Below are positions 18,860 to 28,196 of a stretch of DNA of 64,000 nt, in pieces. This stretch comes from Candidatus Multivoradales bacterium (lineage in GTDB: Bacteria; Acidobacteriota; Thermoanaerobaculia; Multivoradales; JAHEKO01), in assembly GCA_965223155.1 (NCBI GenBank), contig CBDCVR010000014.1, forward strand, positions 416,001 through 480,000, written 5' to 3'. The translations under genes were made by a program, and so were the position numbers. The notes under the pieces are model-generated. The model was given only the letters and a program-made list of their open reading frames with translations, had not been told where the DNA came from and searched no databases. Numbering within the stretch: the stretch's first letter is position 1; every line of letters starts with the position of its first letter.

Positions 18860-19650
18860 AGACCGTTCTGGTCAATTACGCAACGGGCCCGTTCGCCGGA
18901 TATAGGGCGCTGCTGACTCTGACCGGGCAGCGGGCCGGCTGCGACGATTGCTTGGAGTTCGGCCCCCAGGACCTGGACGCGGAGTTTCGTCGCAGGCACC
19001 GCGAGACCCTCGCCGCTCGCCGCGGCGCCGGCTACTTCCTATGGAAGCCCTACATCTTGGTCCGGGCCTTGCAACGCGTGGCACCCGGAGACGTCCTTTT
19101 CTATTGCGACGCCGGGATTCATTGCGTTCGACCGATCCAGCCGCTCCTCGACCTCCTCGAGGGCGGCTCTTCGGACCTCGTCATTCTGGACGGAGGCTTC
19201 CGCGAGTCACAATACACGAAACGGGATGCGTTCCTCCTGATGGGCTGTGACTCGAGCGAATTCGTCGAGACTCCCCAGAGCTTCGCCGGCGCGTTCTTGT
19301 TGCGCAAGACAGAGTGGGCCGAACGGTTTGCGCGCGAGTTTCTCGCCTATGCCTGCGATGACCGAGTCTTGACCGACCGAGCCAATGTGCTGGGAGAAGA
19401 CGACTACCCGGATTTCATCGAACATCGTCACGATCAATCGATTCTGAGCCTGCTGGCCAAGCGGTACGGCATCTCGTTCACCCCCAATCCGTTTCTGGGC
19501 CAGGGCCTAGTCGAAAGAACCGGCCCCCGCATTCTGAACCACACGCGCCAGGCCTACCCGCTCAAGGACGTGGTTCTCTACTTGCTGGCGCGCGGTGCGT
19601 TGCGGATCGAAGACCTCCCGAGCCTCGAGCGAGCGGTCGGCCATGAGTGA
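18856..19650 (+). CDS. Conserved HRHDQS-motif protein, probable GT-A-like glycosyltransferase
   Basis: RGAGYFLWKPYIL, LFYCDAG, YTKRDAF, HRHDQSILSLL; translationally coupled to the upstream GTs. Confidence 0.65.
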   Translation: MKTVLVNYATGPFAGYRALLTLTGQRAGCDDCLEFGPQDLDAEFRRRHRETLAARRGAGYFLWKPYILVRALQRVAPGDVLFYCDAGIHCVRPIQPLLDLLEGGSSDLVILDGGFRESQYTKRDAFLLMGCDSSEFVETPQSFAGAFLLRKTEWAERFAREFLAYACDDRVLTDRANVLGEDDYPDFIEHRHDQSILSLLAKRYGISFTPNPFLGQGLVERTGPRILNHTRQAYPLKDVVLYLLARGALRIEDLPSLERAVGHE

Positions 19651-19743
19651 TCATGGATCGGCAGTCGCCCTGAGAGAACCTTCCGAGCCGCCTTCCGCTG
19701 AGCTCCCGAGCCGGCTGGCCTCGGTCTCCTCCATGCTCTCTCG

Positions 19744-20952
19744 ATGCCCCGCCTCCTGAACCAAGACTCGAACGCCGCGGTCGAGTGGCTGGGGCGCGCC
19801 TGCGGACGGTTCTTGCAGGCGCGCGAAGGGGCGGCGCCACCCCTGGCTCTTGACGTTGGGGTCGACGCCCTGCAACCTCTAGCACCCGCGCACGGCCTCG
19901 AGCCGCTGCTGCATGGCTTGGTCGCGACCGGCGGCATCGCGCGCGAGACCGTTCCGGCCTCGCTCCGGGAGCGCTGGTTGGCGGACTATTGTCGAACGAC
20001 GGTGGCGAACCGGCGCGCGCTCTCGGAGCTGGAGCGCTTGCTGGACAGTTGCCGCCGGCAGTCCGTCGAGATACTCGTATTCAAGGGACTGGCACACGTC
20101 GCGGGGGTCTACCGGGATCCCGGCTTGCGGCCGATGGTGGACGTGGATCTGCTGTGCCGGCCAGCCGCTCTAGCGGCACTCGAACGGGCATTCGTCGAAG
20201 AGGGTTATGAGCCCGTCGACTGGTCGATCCATCACGCGACCTTCGCGACAAAGGCAGGTCTCCTACGGTTTGAGGTCCATCAGAGCCTCTGGGATTTGAT
20301 CGCAGAAGGTGGCCGTTTTCTCGATGAGGTCTGGCGGTCCCAGACGGTGGCCGAGGTGGACGGTTTTCGTTTCTGTGTTCCTTCGGTCGAGGTCAGCGTA
20401 GTCCTAGACACCGCCCATGCCCTGCAGCACGACCTCGGCCAGGGATTGCGGCAAGCCGTGGATCTCGTCGGCTCCCTGGCGACACCGGGCCTTTCGGTCC
20501 CCCGGCTGGACGCGTTGCTCGGCGAGACAGACCTAAAGCCGGAATTCGTCCGAGTCGCGGGTCTCTATCGCCAGTTTCTGGGCGACGGACTCTTCCCAGA
20601 GGCGCTCGCGATACCCGAGCCGCATCTCTCCGATCGAGAATTCGCGCAACAACGTTGGTCCAGCCTGGCCTTGGACTCCGGGGTTCGTTTCCTGGGAGAG
20701 CTCCGCGCCCGGACGGGCCCCGCCGGCAAGCTGAGACACCTGTGGCGTTTGCTGGTTCGGCCCACCGGCCTCGGCGGCATGGGCGGAATGGGCGGCAGGA
20801 AGATCAGGAATCTCGGCCGCTGGCGCCAGCACCTGGCCAACCTCGCGAAACGCGCTTGGCGCAAGAGCCTGGGCCGGTCTCGGAGCCGGAGCGCCCTGGT
20901 AGGCTCCTGGAAGGCCCAGGTCTACCGCCGACGCGGCCACTCTGGCAGATGA
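19744..20952 (+). CDS. Nucleotidyltransferase family protein (NTP_transf_5-like)
   Basis: VFKG.....VY.DPGLRPMVDVDLL, FEVH. Confidence 0.82.
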   Translation: MPRLLNQDSNAAVEWLGRACGRFLQAREGAAPPLALDVGVDALQPLAPAHGLEPLLHGLVATGGIARETVPASLRERWLADYCRTTVANRRALSELERLLDSCRRQSVEILVFKGLAHVAGVYRDPGLRPMVDVDLLCRPAALAALERAFVEEGYEPVDWSIHHATFATKAGLLRFEVHQSLWDLIAEGGRFLDEVWRSQTVAEVDGFRFCVPSVEVSVVLDTAHALQHDLGQGLRQAVDLVGSLATPGLSVPRLDALLGETDLKPEFVRVAGLYRQFLGDGLFPEALAIPEPHLSDREFAQQRWSSLALDSGVRFLGELRARTGPAGKLRHLWRLLVRPTGLGGMGGMGGRKIRNLGRWRQHLANLAKRAWRKSLGRSRSRSALVGSWKAQVYRRRGHSGR

Positions 20953-21174
20953 TTCTGAGAGCCTCTCCGGAAGACCTGGGGGCCGGCGGTGGCGGCCTCC
21001 GGCGCCCATTCAGAGAGCCATCCAATCGGCGGCCGCGGCACGCCGCTCGCCCCCCATGCCAGACCGAATGCGGGGGCCTACTGGGGTTCCCTTTGGACCG
21101 GCACTTCGATATATTCCGCGCCGGCCGCGTTCCGCGGTCACACCCCCAAACATCAAGCAAGCGAGTCACGAACT

Positions 21175-22887
21175 ATGTCGAATGTTGCGACGCAGGACTT
21201 ACGTCCGCTTCTCGTCTCCCCCGATCAGGCCGAAGAGCTGAAATCCGAGGCAATACATCTCAAGTCCTGGGATCTGAACTTTCAGCAGATCTGGGACAGC
21301 GAGCTGCTCCTGAACGGAGCCTTCTCCCCTCTGGCCGGATACCACACCGAGGCCGACTATCGAGGCGTGCTGGACGGCATGCGCACCGCCGACGGAGCGC
21401 TCTGGCCGATGCCGATCACCCTCGACGTCACCGAAGAGTTCGCCGAAGGGCTGACCCAGGGCGAGCGCGTTGCCCTTCGCCACCCCGAAGGCATGGTCCT
21501 GGCGATCCTGACGGTCTCCGACATCTGGCGCCCGGACGCAGACGAGGAAGCCTCCAAGGTCTTCGGCACCACGAACCCGGACCATCCCGGGGTCTTTCAG
21601 CTCAAGCACGAGACCCATCCCGTGTACCTGGGCGGACGGCTCGAAGGCGTCGAGCTGCCTCCGCACCACACCTACCAGCGCCACCGGCACACGCCGGAGC
21701 AACTGCGGGCCGAGTTCGATCGGCTGGGCTGGAAGCGCATCGTGGCTTTCCAGACCCGGAATCCGATGCACCGCGCGCACGTCGAGCTGGTACAGCGCGC
21801 CGCGCTCGAAAACGACGCGAAGATCCTGATCCATCCGGTCGTCGGACGCACCAGCCCGGGCGACGTGGACTACTTTTCACGGGTGCGCTGCTACGAGGCG
21901 GTGGTCGACCAGCTGCCGCCGCAGGTTGCCAAGCTCAGCCTCTTGCCGCTGGCGATGCGCATGGGCGGTCCGCGCGAGGCACTCTGGCACGCCCTCATCC
22001 GGCGCAACTACGGCTGCACGCATTTCATCGTCGGACGCGACCACGCCGGTCCACGGGACCGGGACGGCAACTCGTTCTACGGCCCCTACGACGCCCAGGA
22101 GCTCGTCAAGCAACATGCCGACGAGACCGGCATCGAGCTGGTTCCCTTCCAGGAGGTCGTCTACTGCCAGGAGCGGGGCGAGTACATGGCCCGCTCGGAG
22201 GTCCCCGAGGACGCCACGATTCTGAATCTCTCGGGCACCGAGTTGCGCCGCCGGCTTCGCGAGGGCGCCGACATTCCCTCCTGGTTCTCGTTTCCGGAGG
22301 TCATCACCTCGTTGCGCCGCCGCTATCCGCCGCGCTCGCGCCAGGGCTACACCATCTTCTTTACCGGCCTTTCAGGGTCCGGCAAGTCCACGGTCGCCCA
22401 GATCCTGATCGCCAAGCTGATGGAGATCGACGATCGGCCGGTGACACTCCTGGACGGCGACATCGTGCGCAAGAACTTGTCGAGCGAGCTGGGCTTTTCG
22501 AAAGAGCACCGCGACCTCAACATCCAGCGCATCGGCTTCGTGGCCAGCGAGATCACCAAGAACCGAGGCGCCGCGGTATGCGCTCCAATCGCGCCCTACG
22601 AGAAGACTCGGCGCCAGGTCCGAGACCTGATCGAGCTCCACGGGGGCTTCGTCGAGGTCCACGTCTCGACACCGCTCGAGGTCTGTGAAGATCGCGACCG
22701 CAAGGGTCTGTACGCCAAGGCACGGGCCGGACTGATCAAGGAATTCACCGGCATCGATGACCCATACGAGGAGCCGGACACTCCCGAGGTCGTGATCGAC
22801 ACCTCGCTCCTGACCGCCGAACGCGCGGCTCTCAAGGTCGTCGACTTCCTGCGCCGGGAAGGCTTCCTCGAGCGCTCCCGCTCCTGA
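21175..22887 (+). CDS. sat: Bifunctional sulfate adenylyltransferase / adenylylsulfate kinase
   Basis: AFQTRNPMHRAH, HFIVGRDHAG; APS-kinase domain FFTGLSGSGKST, LDGD.VR, RDRKGLYAKARAG. Confidence 0.96.
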   Translation: MSNVATQDLRPLLVSPDQAEELKSEAIHLKSWDLNFQQIWDSELLLNGAFSPLAGYHTEADYRGVLDGMRTADGALWPMPITLDVTEEFAEGLTQGERVALRHPEGMVLAILTVSDIWRPDADEEASKVFGTTNPDHPGVFQLKHETHPVYLGGRLEGVELPPHHTYQRHRHTPEQLRAEFDRLGWKRIVAFQTRNPMHRAHVELVQRAALENDAKILIHPVVGRTSPGDVDYFSRVRCYEAVVDQLPPQVAKLSLLPLAMRMGGPREALWHALIRRNYGCTHFIVGRDHAGPRDRDGNSFYGPYDAQELVKQHADETGIELVPFQEVVYCQERGEYMARSEVPEDATILNLSGTELRRRLREGADIPSWFSFPEVITSLRRRYPPRSRQGYTIFFTGLSGSGKSTVAQILIAKLMEIDDRPVTLLDGDIVRKNLSSELGFSKEHRDLNIQRIGFVASEITKNRGAAVCAPIAPYEKTRRQVRDLIELHGGFVEVHVSTPLEVCEDRDRKGLYAKARAGLIKEFTGIDDPYEEPDTPEVVIDTSLLTAERAALKVVDFLRREGFLERSRS

Positions 22888-22900
22888 CCCTTCCGACTCG

Positions 22901-23680
22901 ATGTACGAAGAGATCCTCGAGCGGATCGCGGAGTCGCTGGAAGCGGCACGCGAGGTCCTGGAGCAGTTCACGCCGGGCCGGATCGAAGCTCGGCACAAGG
23001 CCGGCGGTGATCCGGTCACTGAAGCCGACCTGGCGGTCAACGCCGTTCTGGAGCGCATCCTGCCCCGCTCCGGCGAGGCCTGGCTGTCCGAGGAAACCAA
23101 GGACGACCCGTCACGCCTCGAAGCCGAGCGCGTCTGGATCGTGGATCCGATCGACGGCACCAAGGAGTTTGTAACCGGGATTCCGGAGTGGTGCGTGTCG
23201 GTCGGCTACGTAGTCGGCGGCGAGGCTGTTGCCGGCGGCATTCTGAGTCCCTCGACCGACCAGTTGATCCTGGGCTCCCTGGAGTCGGGAGTGACCCTCA
23301 ACGGCGAACCGGTCCGGCCCCGGCCGACGAAAGACCTGGCCGACGCCGTGGTCCTCGCCAGCCGCAGCGAAATCCGGCGCGGCGAATGGGAGCAGTACGC
23401 GGAGAGCGCGTTCACCTTGCAGCCGATGGGCTCGGTGGCTTTCAAGATGGCCCTGGTCGCGGCCGGCGAGGTTGACGCCACCTGGACCCTGGTGCCCAAG
23501 AACGAATGGGACGTGGCGGCTTCCACGGCCCTGGTTCACGCCGCCGGCGGCAAGGTCTTCGTGCCGGGTGCCGGAGCGCCCAGCTTCAACCGGGCCGATC
23601 TGAAGTTTCCCGGCCTCGCCGCACTCGGGCCCGGCACCGAAGAGCTCTTCGGGGACGAGTCCTTCACTCTGCGCCGCTAG
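22901..23680 (+). CDS. cysQ: 3'(2'),5'-bisphosphate nucleotidase
   Basis: PVTEAD, LSEE, WIVDPIDGTKEF, ASRS, MGSVAFK, EWDVAA; adjacent to sat/cysC. Confidence 0.88.
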   Translation: MYEEILERIAESLEAAREVLEQFTPGRIEARHKAGGDPVTEADLAVNAVLERILPRSGEAWLSEETKDDPSRLEAERVWIVDPIDGTKEFVTGIPEWCVSVGYVVGGEAVAGGILSPSTDQLILGSLESGVTLNGEPVRPRPTKDLADAVVLASRSEIRRGEWEQYAESAFTLQPMGSVAFKMALVAAGEVDATWTLVPKNEWDVAASTALVHAAGGKVFVPGAGAPSFNRADLKFPGLAALGPGTEELFGDESFTLRR

Positions 23681-23699
23681 CGGCACTCGGTAGACTGCC

Positions 23700-24029
23700 A
23701 TGCAGGTTCGTCTCTTCTACTACCGACCCTCCTGAACCAGCTCGATGAGCGCCCGGGCGGCGCTTGACGGCGCCGGATTGCCCGTGGAGCGCGAACGCTC
23801 CACCAGCCGCGAACCGCTGTCCGATGGCGACGCCGCCAAACTCCTCGGCCAGGTAGAGACGGTTCATCTCTGCCGGGGACGCAAGGTCGAGCGCCTGGAC
23901 GCGGCGGCCGTCGACGTCGACCGCCTCAAGGGACCGACCGGCAAGATCCGGGCGCCGCTTGTCTGGCTCGACGACGTCCTGCTGGTGGGCTACGGCCATG
24001 AGGCCCTCGCCGAGCTCCTGGCCTCCTAG
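23700..24029 (+). CDS. ArsC/Spx-like thioredoxin-fold (seleno)protein with in-frame UGA
   Basis: MQVRLFYYRPS-U-TSSMSARAAL...GPTGKIRAP......LVGY. TGA at 23733-23735 occupies the first Cys position of the redox motif, and a hairpin follows. Confidence 0.75.
23746..23766 (+). other. Bacterial SECIS-like hairpin
   Basis: Stem TGAGCGCC/GGCGCTTG, loop CGGGC starting 19 nt after the UGA with G at loop position 2. Confidence 0.6.
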
Positions 24030-24034
24030 AGGCT

Positions 24035-24784
24035 TCAGCTCAGCTCGAAGTCGACGACCACCGGCAGATGGTCGCTCGCGACCTTGGAAGCCGCCAGCCG
24101 GCATCTGCGGGCGGCGATGCGCTTGAGCGATCCTCGGTAGTAGACACAATCGAGCGGCCCCCGGGGCGAGAACGAGGGATAGGTCTTGATCGCGGTCGAG
24201 GCCCCGTCCGAGGGGCTCTCGGTGGCGCAGGAAAATCCCGAGACGTTGAGGAAGAACGGCCGCAGGAGCGAGCGCCAGTCGTTGAAGTCGCCCGCGACCA
24301 GGCAGGCTTGGTCCGGAGCCAGGGCGGCAAACTCGTCCGAGCTCGCCAGCAGCCCGACTTGCTGACGCCGTTCGCGCGCCGACAGCCCCAGATGCAGATT
24401 GAAGACGTCGAGCCGATGGGGCGAGCCGCGCCGTTTTTCGATCCAGAGGGTCGTGTGCAAACAGCCGCGCCGCTTCTTGCGCCCCACCGTCAGATCGATG
24501 TTCCGGAACTGGTCGATCGGGTACCGGCTCAGGGTCGCGTTGCCGTACCGTCCCCTCCTGAGCGAGACGTTGTAGCCAGCGGCCCGGTAGCCAAATCCCA
24601 GCTCCTGAGCCAACTCCTCGGCCAGATCCAGGCGTCGAGAGCGAGGCACGCCTTGATCGACCTCCTGGAGCAGCACTACGTCGGCGTCATGGTGCTCGAT
24701 CACACCGGCCACTCGCTCGAGCCGGAAGGACCGATCGACACCGATGGCTCGGTGGATGTTGTAGGTGAGGATCCGGAGCTTCAC
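24035..24784 (-). CDS. Endonuclease/exonuclease/phosphatase family protein
   Basis: ILTYNIH, DVVLLQEVD, NLHLGL, AGDFNDW, LD.VY, ASDHLP. Confidence 0.9.
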   Translation of the reverse strand: MKLRILTYNIHRAIGVDRSFRLERVAGVIEHHDADVVLLQEVDQGVPRSRRLDLAEELAQELGFGYRAAGYNVSLRRGRYGNATLSRYPIDQFRNIDLTVGRKKRRGCLHTTLWIEKRRGSPHRLDVFNLHLGLSARERRQQVGLLASSDEFAALAPDQACLVAGDFNDWRSLLRPFFLNVSGFSCATESPSDGASTAIKTYPSFSPRGPLDCVYYRGSLKRIAARRCRLAASKVASDHLPVVVDFELS

Positions 24785-25275
24785 CGCGCTGGATCCGTGG
24801 CCGTAGCTTCGCTGCCGGCGGCGCCGAACGCGGTCTCGATTCTGGCCGCCAGCTCGTCCCGCGCCACCCGAAAGGCTTCGAGACGCTCCTGCCGGTCCCC
24901 CTCGACGGCGGCGGGGTCGGCGATCGACCAGTGCAGCGAGCGCCGGGCGCTTGGAAACACCGGACAGGACTCGCGAGCGCCGTCACAGACGGTCACCACC
25001 GTCTCGATCGCCTCGTCCAGGAACCGCTCGTAGGTCTTGGAGGTCTGCTCCGAGATGTCGGCGCCCAGCTCGCGCAGGACCTCGATGGCTTCAGAACGAA
25101 CACGGGTGGCGAGGGTCCCGGCGCTGGCCACCTCCCGATGCGGATATTTGTGGCGGAACAGCCCTTCAGCCATCTGCGAGCGCGCGCTATTGTGGGTACA
25201 CAGAAACAGGATCTTGCCAGGCGTCAGGGGACCTCGACCTCCGTGGATCTTCCGGCTAGTAGACTTTCCGGCCAT
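24781..25275 (-). CDS. arsC: Arsenate reductase, LMW-PTP fold
   Basis: FLCTHNSARSQMAEG, SAGT, VTVCD...ESCP.FP, HWSIADP; start codon uncertain. Confidence 0.85.
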   Translation of the reverse strand: MAGKSTSRKIHGGRGPLTPGKILFLCTHNSARSQMAEGLFRHKYPHREVASAGTLATRVRSEAIEVLRELGADISEQTSKTYERFLDEAIETVVTVCDGARESCPVFPSARRSLHWSIADPAAVEGDRQERLEAFRVARDELAARIETAFGAAGSEATATDPAR

Positions 25276-25413
25276 GCGCATTCTAGTCGACGGCCCTGGC
25301 GCGCGCCGGCCACGGCTCGGGCCCGCCCCGAGCCGGATCGGGCTCGACTTGATGCCAACCTTCAGAGCCCGCGCCTCGGCGGCGGCCCATGGCCCTCGGG
25401 AGGGGTCGGGCCG

Positions 25414-27699
25414 GTGATCCACGATCTCATCGGCATCGCGGCGGTTGTCGGAACCTTGCTGGCCCTGTGGCTGGTGCTTTCCCGGACCCGATCGCGCCTC
25501 GGCTCATGGGTCGAGGCCGTCTTGATGACGGCGACGGCGGCCGGCTGGATTGCCGTTGCCAGTTTCAACCTGCTGGCTCTGGCCGGCTGGTTCCGGCTTG
25601 GACCCGCCCTGGCCGTGGTTCTCGCGGGAACCGTGATCGCGCTTCGCGGCAAACACCATCTCGTCCCGCGAACGCCGGCCACGGACCGCAAGCTCGGCTC
25701 CAGACTGCCGCTGCCGCTGCCGGTTTTGGTCGCCGCCGTGCCTCTGGGCGTGGTGGTAACCCTGCGCGCGCTCAAGGGCCTGGTCTCGCCCCAGCTGGCC
25801 TGGGACTCGATGACCTACCACCTGCCCAAGATCGCCTTCTGGGTGCAGAGCGGGCGGCTCCGCCTGCCGGACTTCCCCGACGCCTGGACCTACTACCGCT
25901 ATTTTCCGCACGGTGCCGAAGCGATCTTCGCCTGGCCGGTCCTCATGACCCGCAGCGACGCCCTCTTGGGCCCGGCCGGCGTCCTCATCTGGGCTCTGGT
26001 CGTGACCGCCACCGCGGTGTTGGCCTCCGAACTCGCTGGGCTTTCTGGTTCTTCGGAGCCAGGCGAGCCAGCCGAGCAGAGCCAACGGGTCGAGCGGACG
26101 GACCGGGGCAGCGACCTCGGTGCCACCTGGGCCGTGGGCCTTGCGATTGGCGCCCTGCCGGCCCTGCTGGCCTTTGCGACGGCGACCTACTCCGACACCC
26201 TGCTCGGACTCGCGGTGGTCTTGGCGGTCCTCTACACGGTTCGATTTCTACGAGGCGGAAGGACCGCCGACTTCCTGGCGGCCGCCGCCCCGACCGGTCT
26301 CATGCTCGCCATCAAGATCTCCAGCGCTCCCACCGCCGGCTTGTTGCTCGCCTTGCTCGCGGCCGGCTGGATCCGTCATCGCGGAACGACGCTGGCCGCG
26401 GCCGCCGGAATCGTCCTCGCGGCCGGACCCAACCTTGGCTATCTGGAGGCCTGGCTTGCAGCCGGCTCGCCCTTCTACCCGTTCAAGGCCCCGTTGCTGG
26501 ACGGTCTCCCCTACCACGAGGCTCTGCACCGGATGCTCTCCGGCGCCTTCGACATGGGGGACCATGTGCCTCAGTCCGCATTCGAGATCGCCCGCGCGCT
26601 CTTCTGGGGCGCGCCCCCGGGCCCCGGCAACGCTCACCTCAACTTCGGCCTCGGCGGCTTGCTGCTGGCGGCTCTCGCCGTGGGAGGCGCCGTCCGGGGC
26701 CTCCTATGGCACCGATCCCCGGCTGAAGAGCGCGCAGCACCGAGCGCCCGCGGAGCGGTGATCCTGCTCTTCCTGGTCGCGGCCAGCGCGCTCCCGGCGT
26801 TTCTGGGCGAAGGCAGCCTGGGACTGCGAACCTTCTGGATCGACGTCATGGCGCGGGGACTGTTGGCGTTCTTCCTGCCGCTTCTGACGTGCGCGGCGCT
26901 GCTGCCGGCCGGCTGGCGCACCGGCGGTGTGACCCTGAGCCTCCTGGCCAGCGCGGTCCACTACCTGCCCCTTGGCTGGTCGCCGGCAATGACCGGGCCG
27001 GCGCTCGTGGTGGCGGTGGCGACGATCTTGGCCGTGTCTGTCTGGCTCGCACTACGCCGACGGCTCCGGGCCGGGCCATCTCGATTCGGCCCACTCGGTC
27101 TCGCCGCCGGGGTCCTGGCCGCGGGCGCCTTTCTCGCCGGCTGGCTGGTGCTTCGGGACCGCGTTCGGCATTCCATCCTGGCCGAGACCACGGCGGCCTC
27201 CCGGGCCTACGACGCCCATCTCATCGGCAACCACTTCGCTCTGATGGCCCCGGTCTGGCGCGCGCTCGACCGGCCGGAAGGTGGTCGAATCGCCGTGGTC
27301 GTGGCACCGGACAAGGCGGGGCACAATCAGTTCCTCTTTCCGCTCTTCGGAGCCCGCCTCCAGAACGAGCTCGTCTGGGTGCCGGTCACCGCTGCCAAGA
27401 GCGAGTCCAGCCTGGAGCCGGTCGATCGCTACCGCAACGCCCGACCCGATCTCTGGCTGGAGCGCCTTGCCCGTCTTCGAGTCGACGCAATCGTCGGTCT
27501 CTGGCCCGCGACGCCCGAGCGGGACTGGCTGACCCGGCAGCCGGAACGCTACGAGGTGCGAAGGCTCCACGCCTCGGGCGCCCCCTGGGTCGCGTACCCG
27601 CGCACAGCCGCTGGTCCGGGCGACCGACGGCACGGCAGGCCGTCTTCGGACGGCACGACCGCCGCGGCACCCGGCTCAGACGAGACGGCGACGCCGTGA
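25414..27699 (+). CDS. Polytopic membrane protein, GT-C/PMT-like glycosyltransferase
   Basis: Many TM helices, loop motif WDSMTYHLP, FPHGAE, G.PFYPF. GTG start after GGAGG. Confidence 0.6.
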   Translation: MIHDLIGIAAVVGTLLALWLVLSRTRSRLGSWVEAVLMTATAAGWIAVASFNLLALAGWFRLGPALAVVLAGTVIALRGKHHLVPRTPATDRKLGSRLPLPLPVLVAAVPLGVVVTLRALKGLVSPQLAWDSMTYHLPKIAFWVQSGRLRLPDFPDAWTYYRYFPHGAEAIFAWPVLMTRSDALLGPAGVLIWALVVTATAVLASELAGLSGSSEPGEPAEQSQRVERTDRGSDLGATWAVGLAIGALPALLAFATATYSDTLLGLAVVLAVLYTVRFLRGGRTADFLAAAAPTGLMLAIKISSAPTAGLLLALLAAGWIRHRGTTLAAAAGIVLAAGPNLGYLEAWLAAGSPFYPFKAPLLDGLPYHEALHRMLSGAFDMGDHVPQSAFEIARALFWGAPPGPGNAHLNFGLGGLLLAALAVGGAVRGLLWHRSPAEERAAPSARGAVILLFLVAASALPAFLGEGSLGLRTFWIDVMARGLLAFFLPLLTCAALLPAGWRTGGVTLSLLASAVHYLPLGWSPAMTGPALVVAVATILAVSVWLALRRRLRAGPSRFGPLGLAAGVLAAGAFLAGWLVLRDRVRHSILAETTAASRAYDAHLIGNHFALMAPVWRALDRPEGGRIAVVVAPDKAGHNQFLFPLFGARLQNELVWVPVTAAKSESSLEPVDRYRNARPDLWLERLARLRVDAIVGLWPATPERDWLTRQPERYEVRRLHASGAPWVAYPRTAAGPGDRRHGRPSSDGTTAAAPGSDETATP

Positions 27700-28112
27700 C
27701 TCGAAGTCTGCCCATCGTCCTTCTTGCCGAGACCTTCGCCGTGGTTCGGCTGCCGGCGGACGCGCCTACCCCCAACTGGGCCCGCGGTCCCGTGCTCTCG
27801 ATCACGCGAACTCCAGGGGAGCTCTCGATCGTCTGCGAAGAGCGCCACGTACCCGGGGAGGCTCAGGCCGAGCGCGGATGGCGCTGCCTCGGAGTCGCTC
27901 AGACCCTCGACTTCGGCATGGTCGGCGTCCTCAGCCGGCTGACAACGGCCCTTGCCGAGGCCGGGATCAGCCTCTTCGCCCTGTCCACCTTTGACACGGA
28001 CTATCTGCTGGTGCGGCAAGACGACGTCCAGCCAGCGCTCGCGGCCCTGGACCGGGCCGGGTTTCCGCGGGTCGAAGACGGCTCGGCGAATTCCGATCCT
28101 GGCCGACCCTAG
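27696..28112 (+). CDS. ACT-domain protein (ACT_7/CASTOR-like)
   Basis: SITRTPGELSIVC, GWRCL, LDF..VGVLS.L...LAEAGISLFALSTFDTDYLLV. Confidence 0.9.
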   Translation: MTRSLPIVLLAETFAVVRLPADAPTPNWARGPVLSITRTPGELSIVCEERHVPGEAQAERGWRCLGVAQTLDFGMVGVLSRLTTALAEAGISLFALSTFDTDYLLVRQDDVQPALAALDRAGFPRVEDGSANSDPGRP

Positions 28113-28196
28113 CACCGGCGGGCGGTCGAGCTGGTTCCAAACGGGTCCGGACGAGTCCGGCCCGAATGCGCGGCCGGGTTGGTTTGAGTTGGGCCG

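Noticed and set aside
19643-19759. 38-codon ORF MSDHGSAVALREP... overlapping the upstream stop, as a second precursor or frameshifted NTase N-terminus
   Set aside because: No clear RBS or motif, and it cannot be resolved without homologs or reads.
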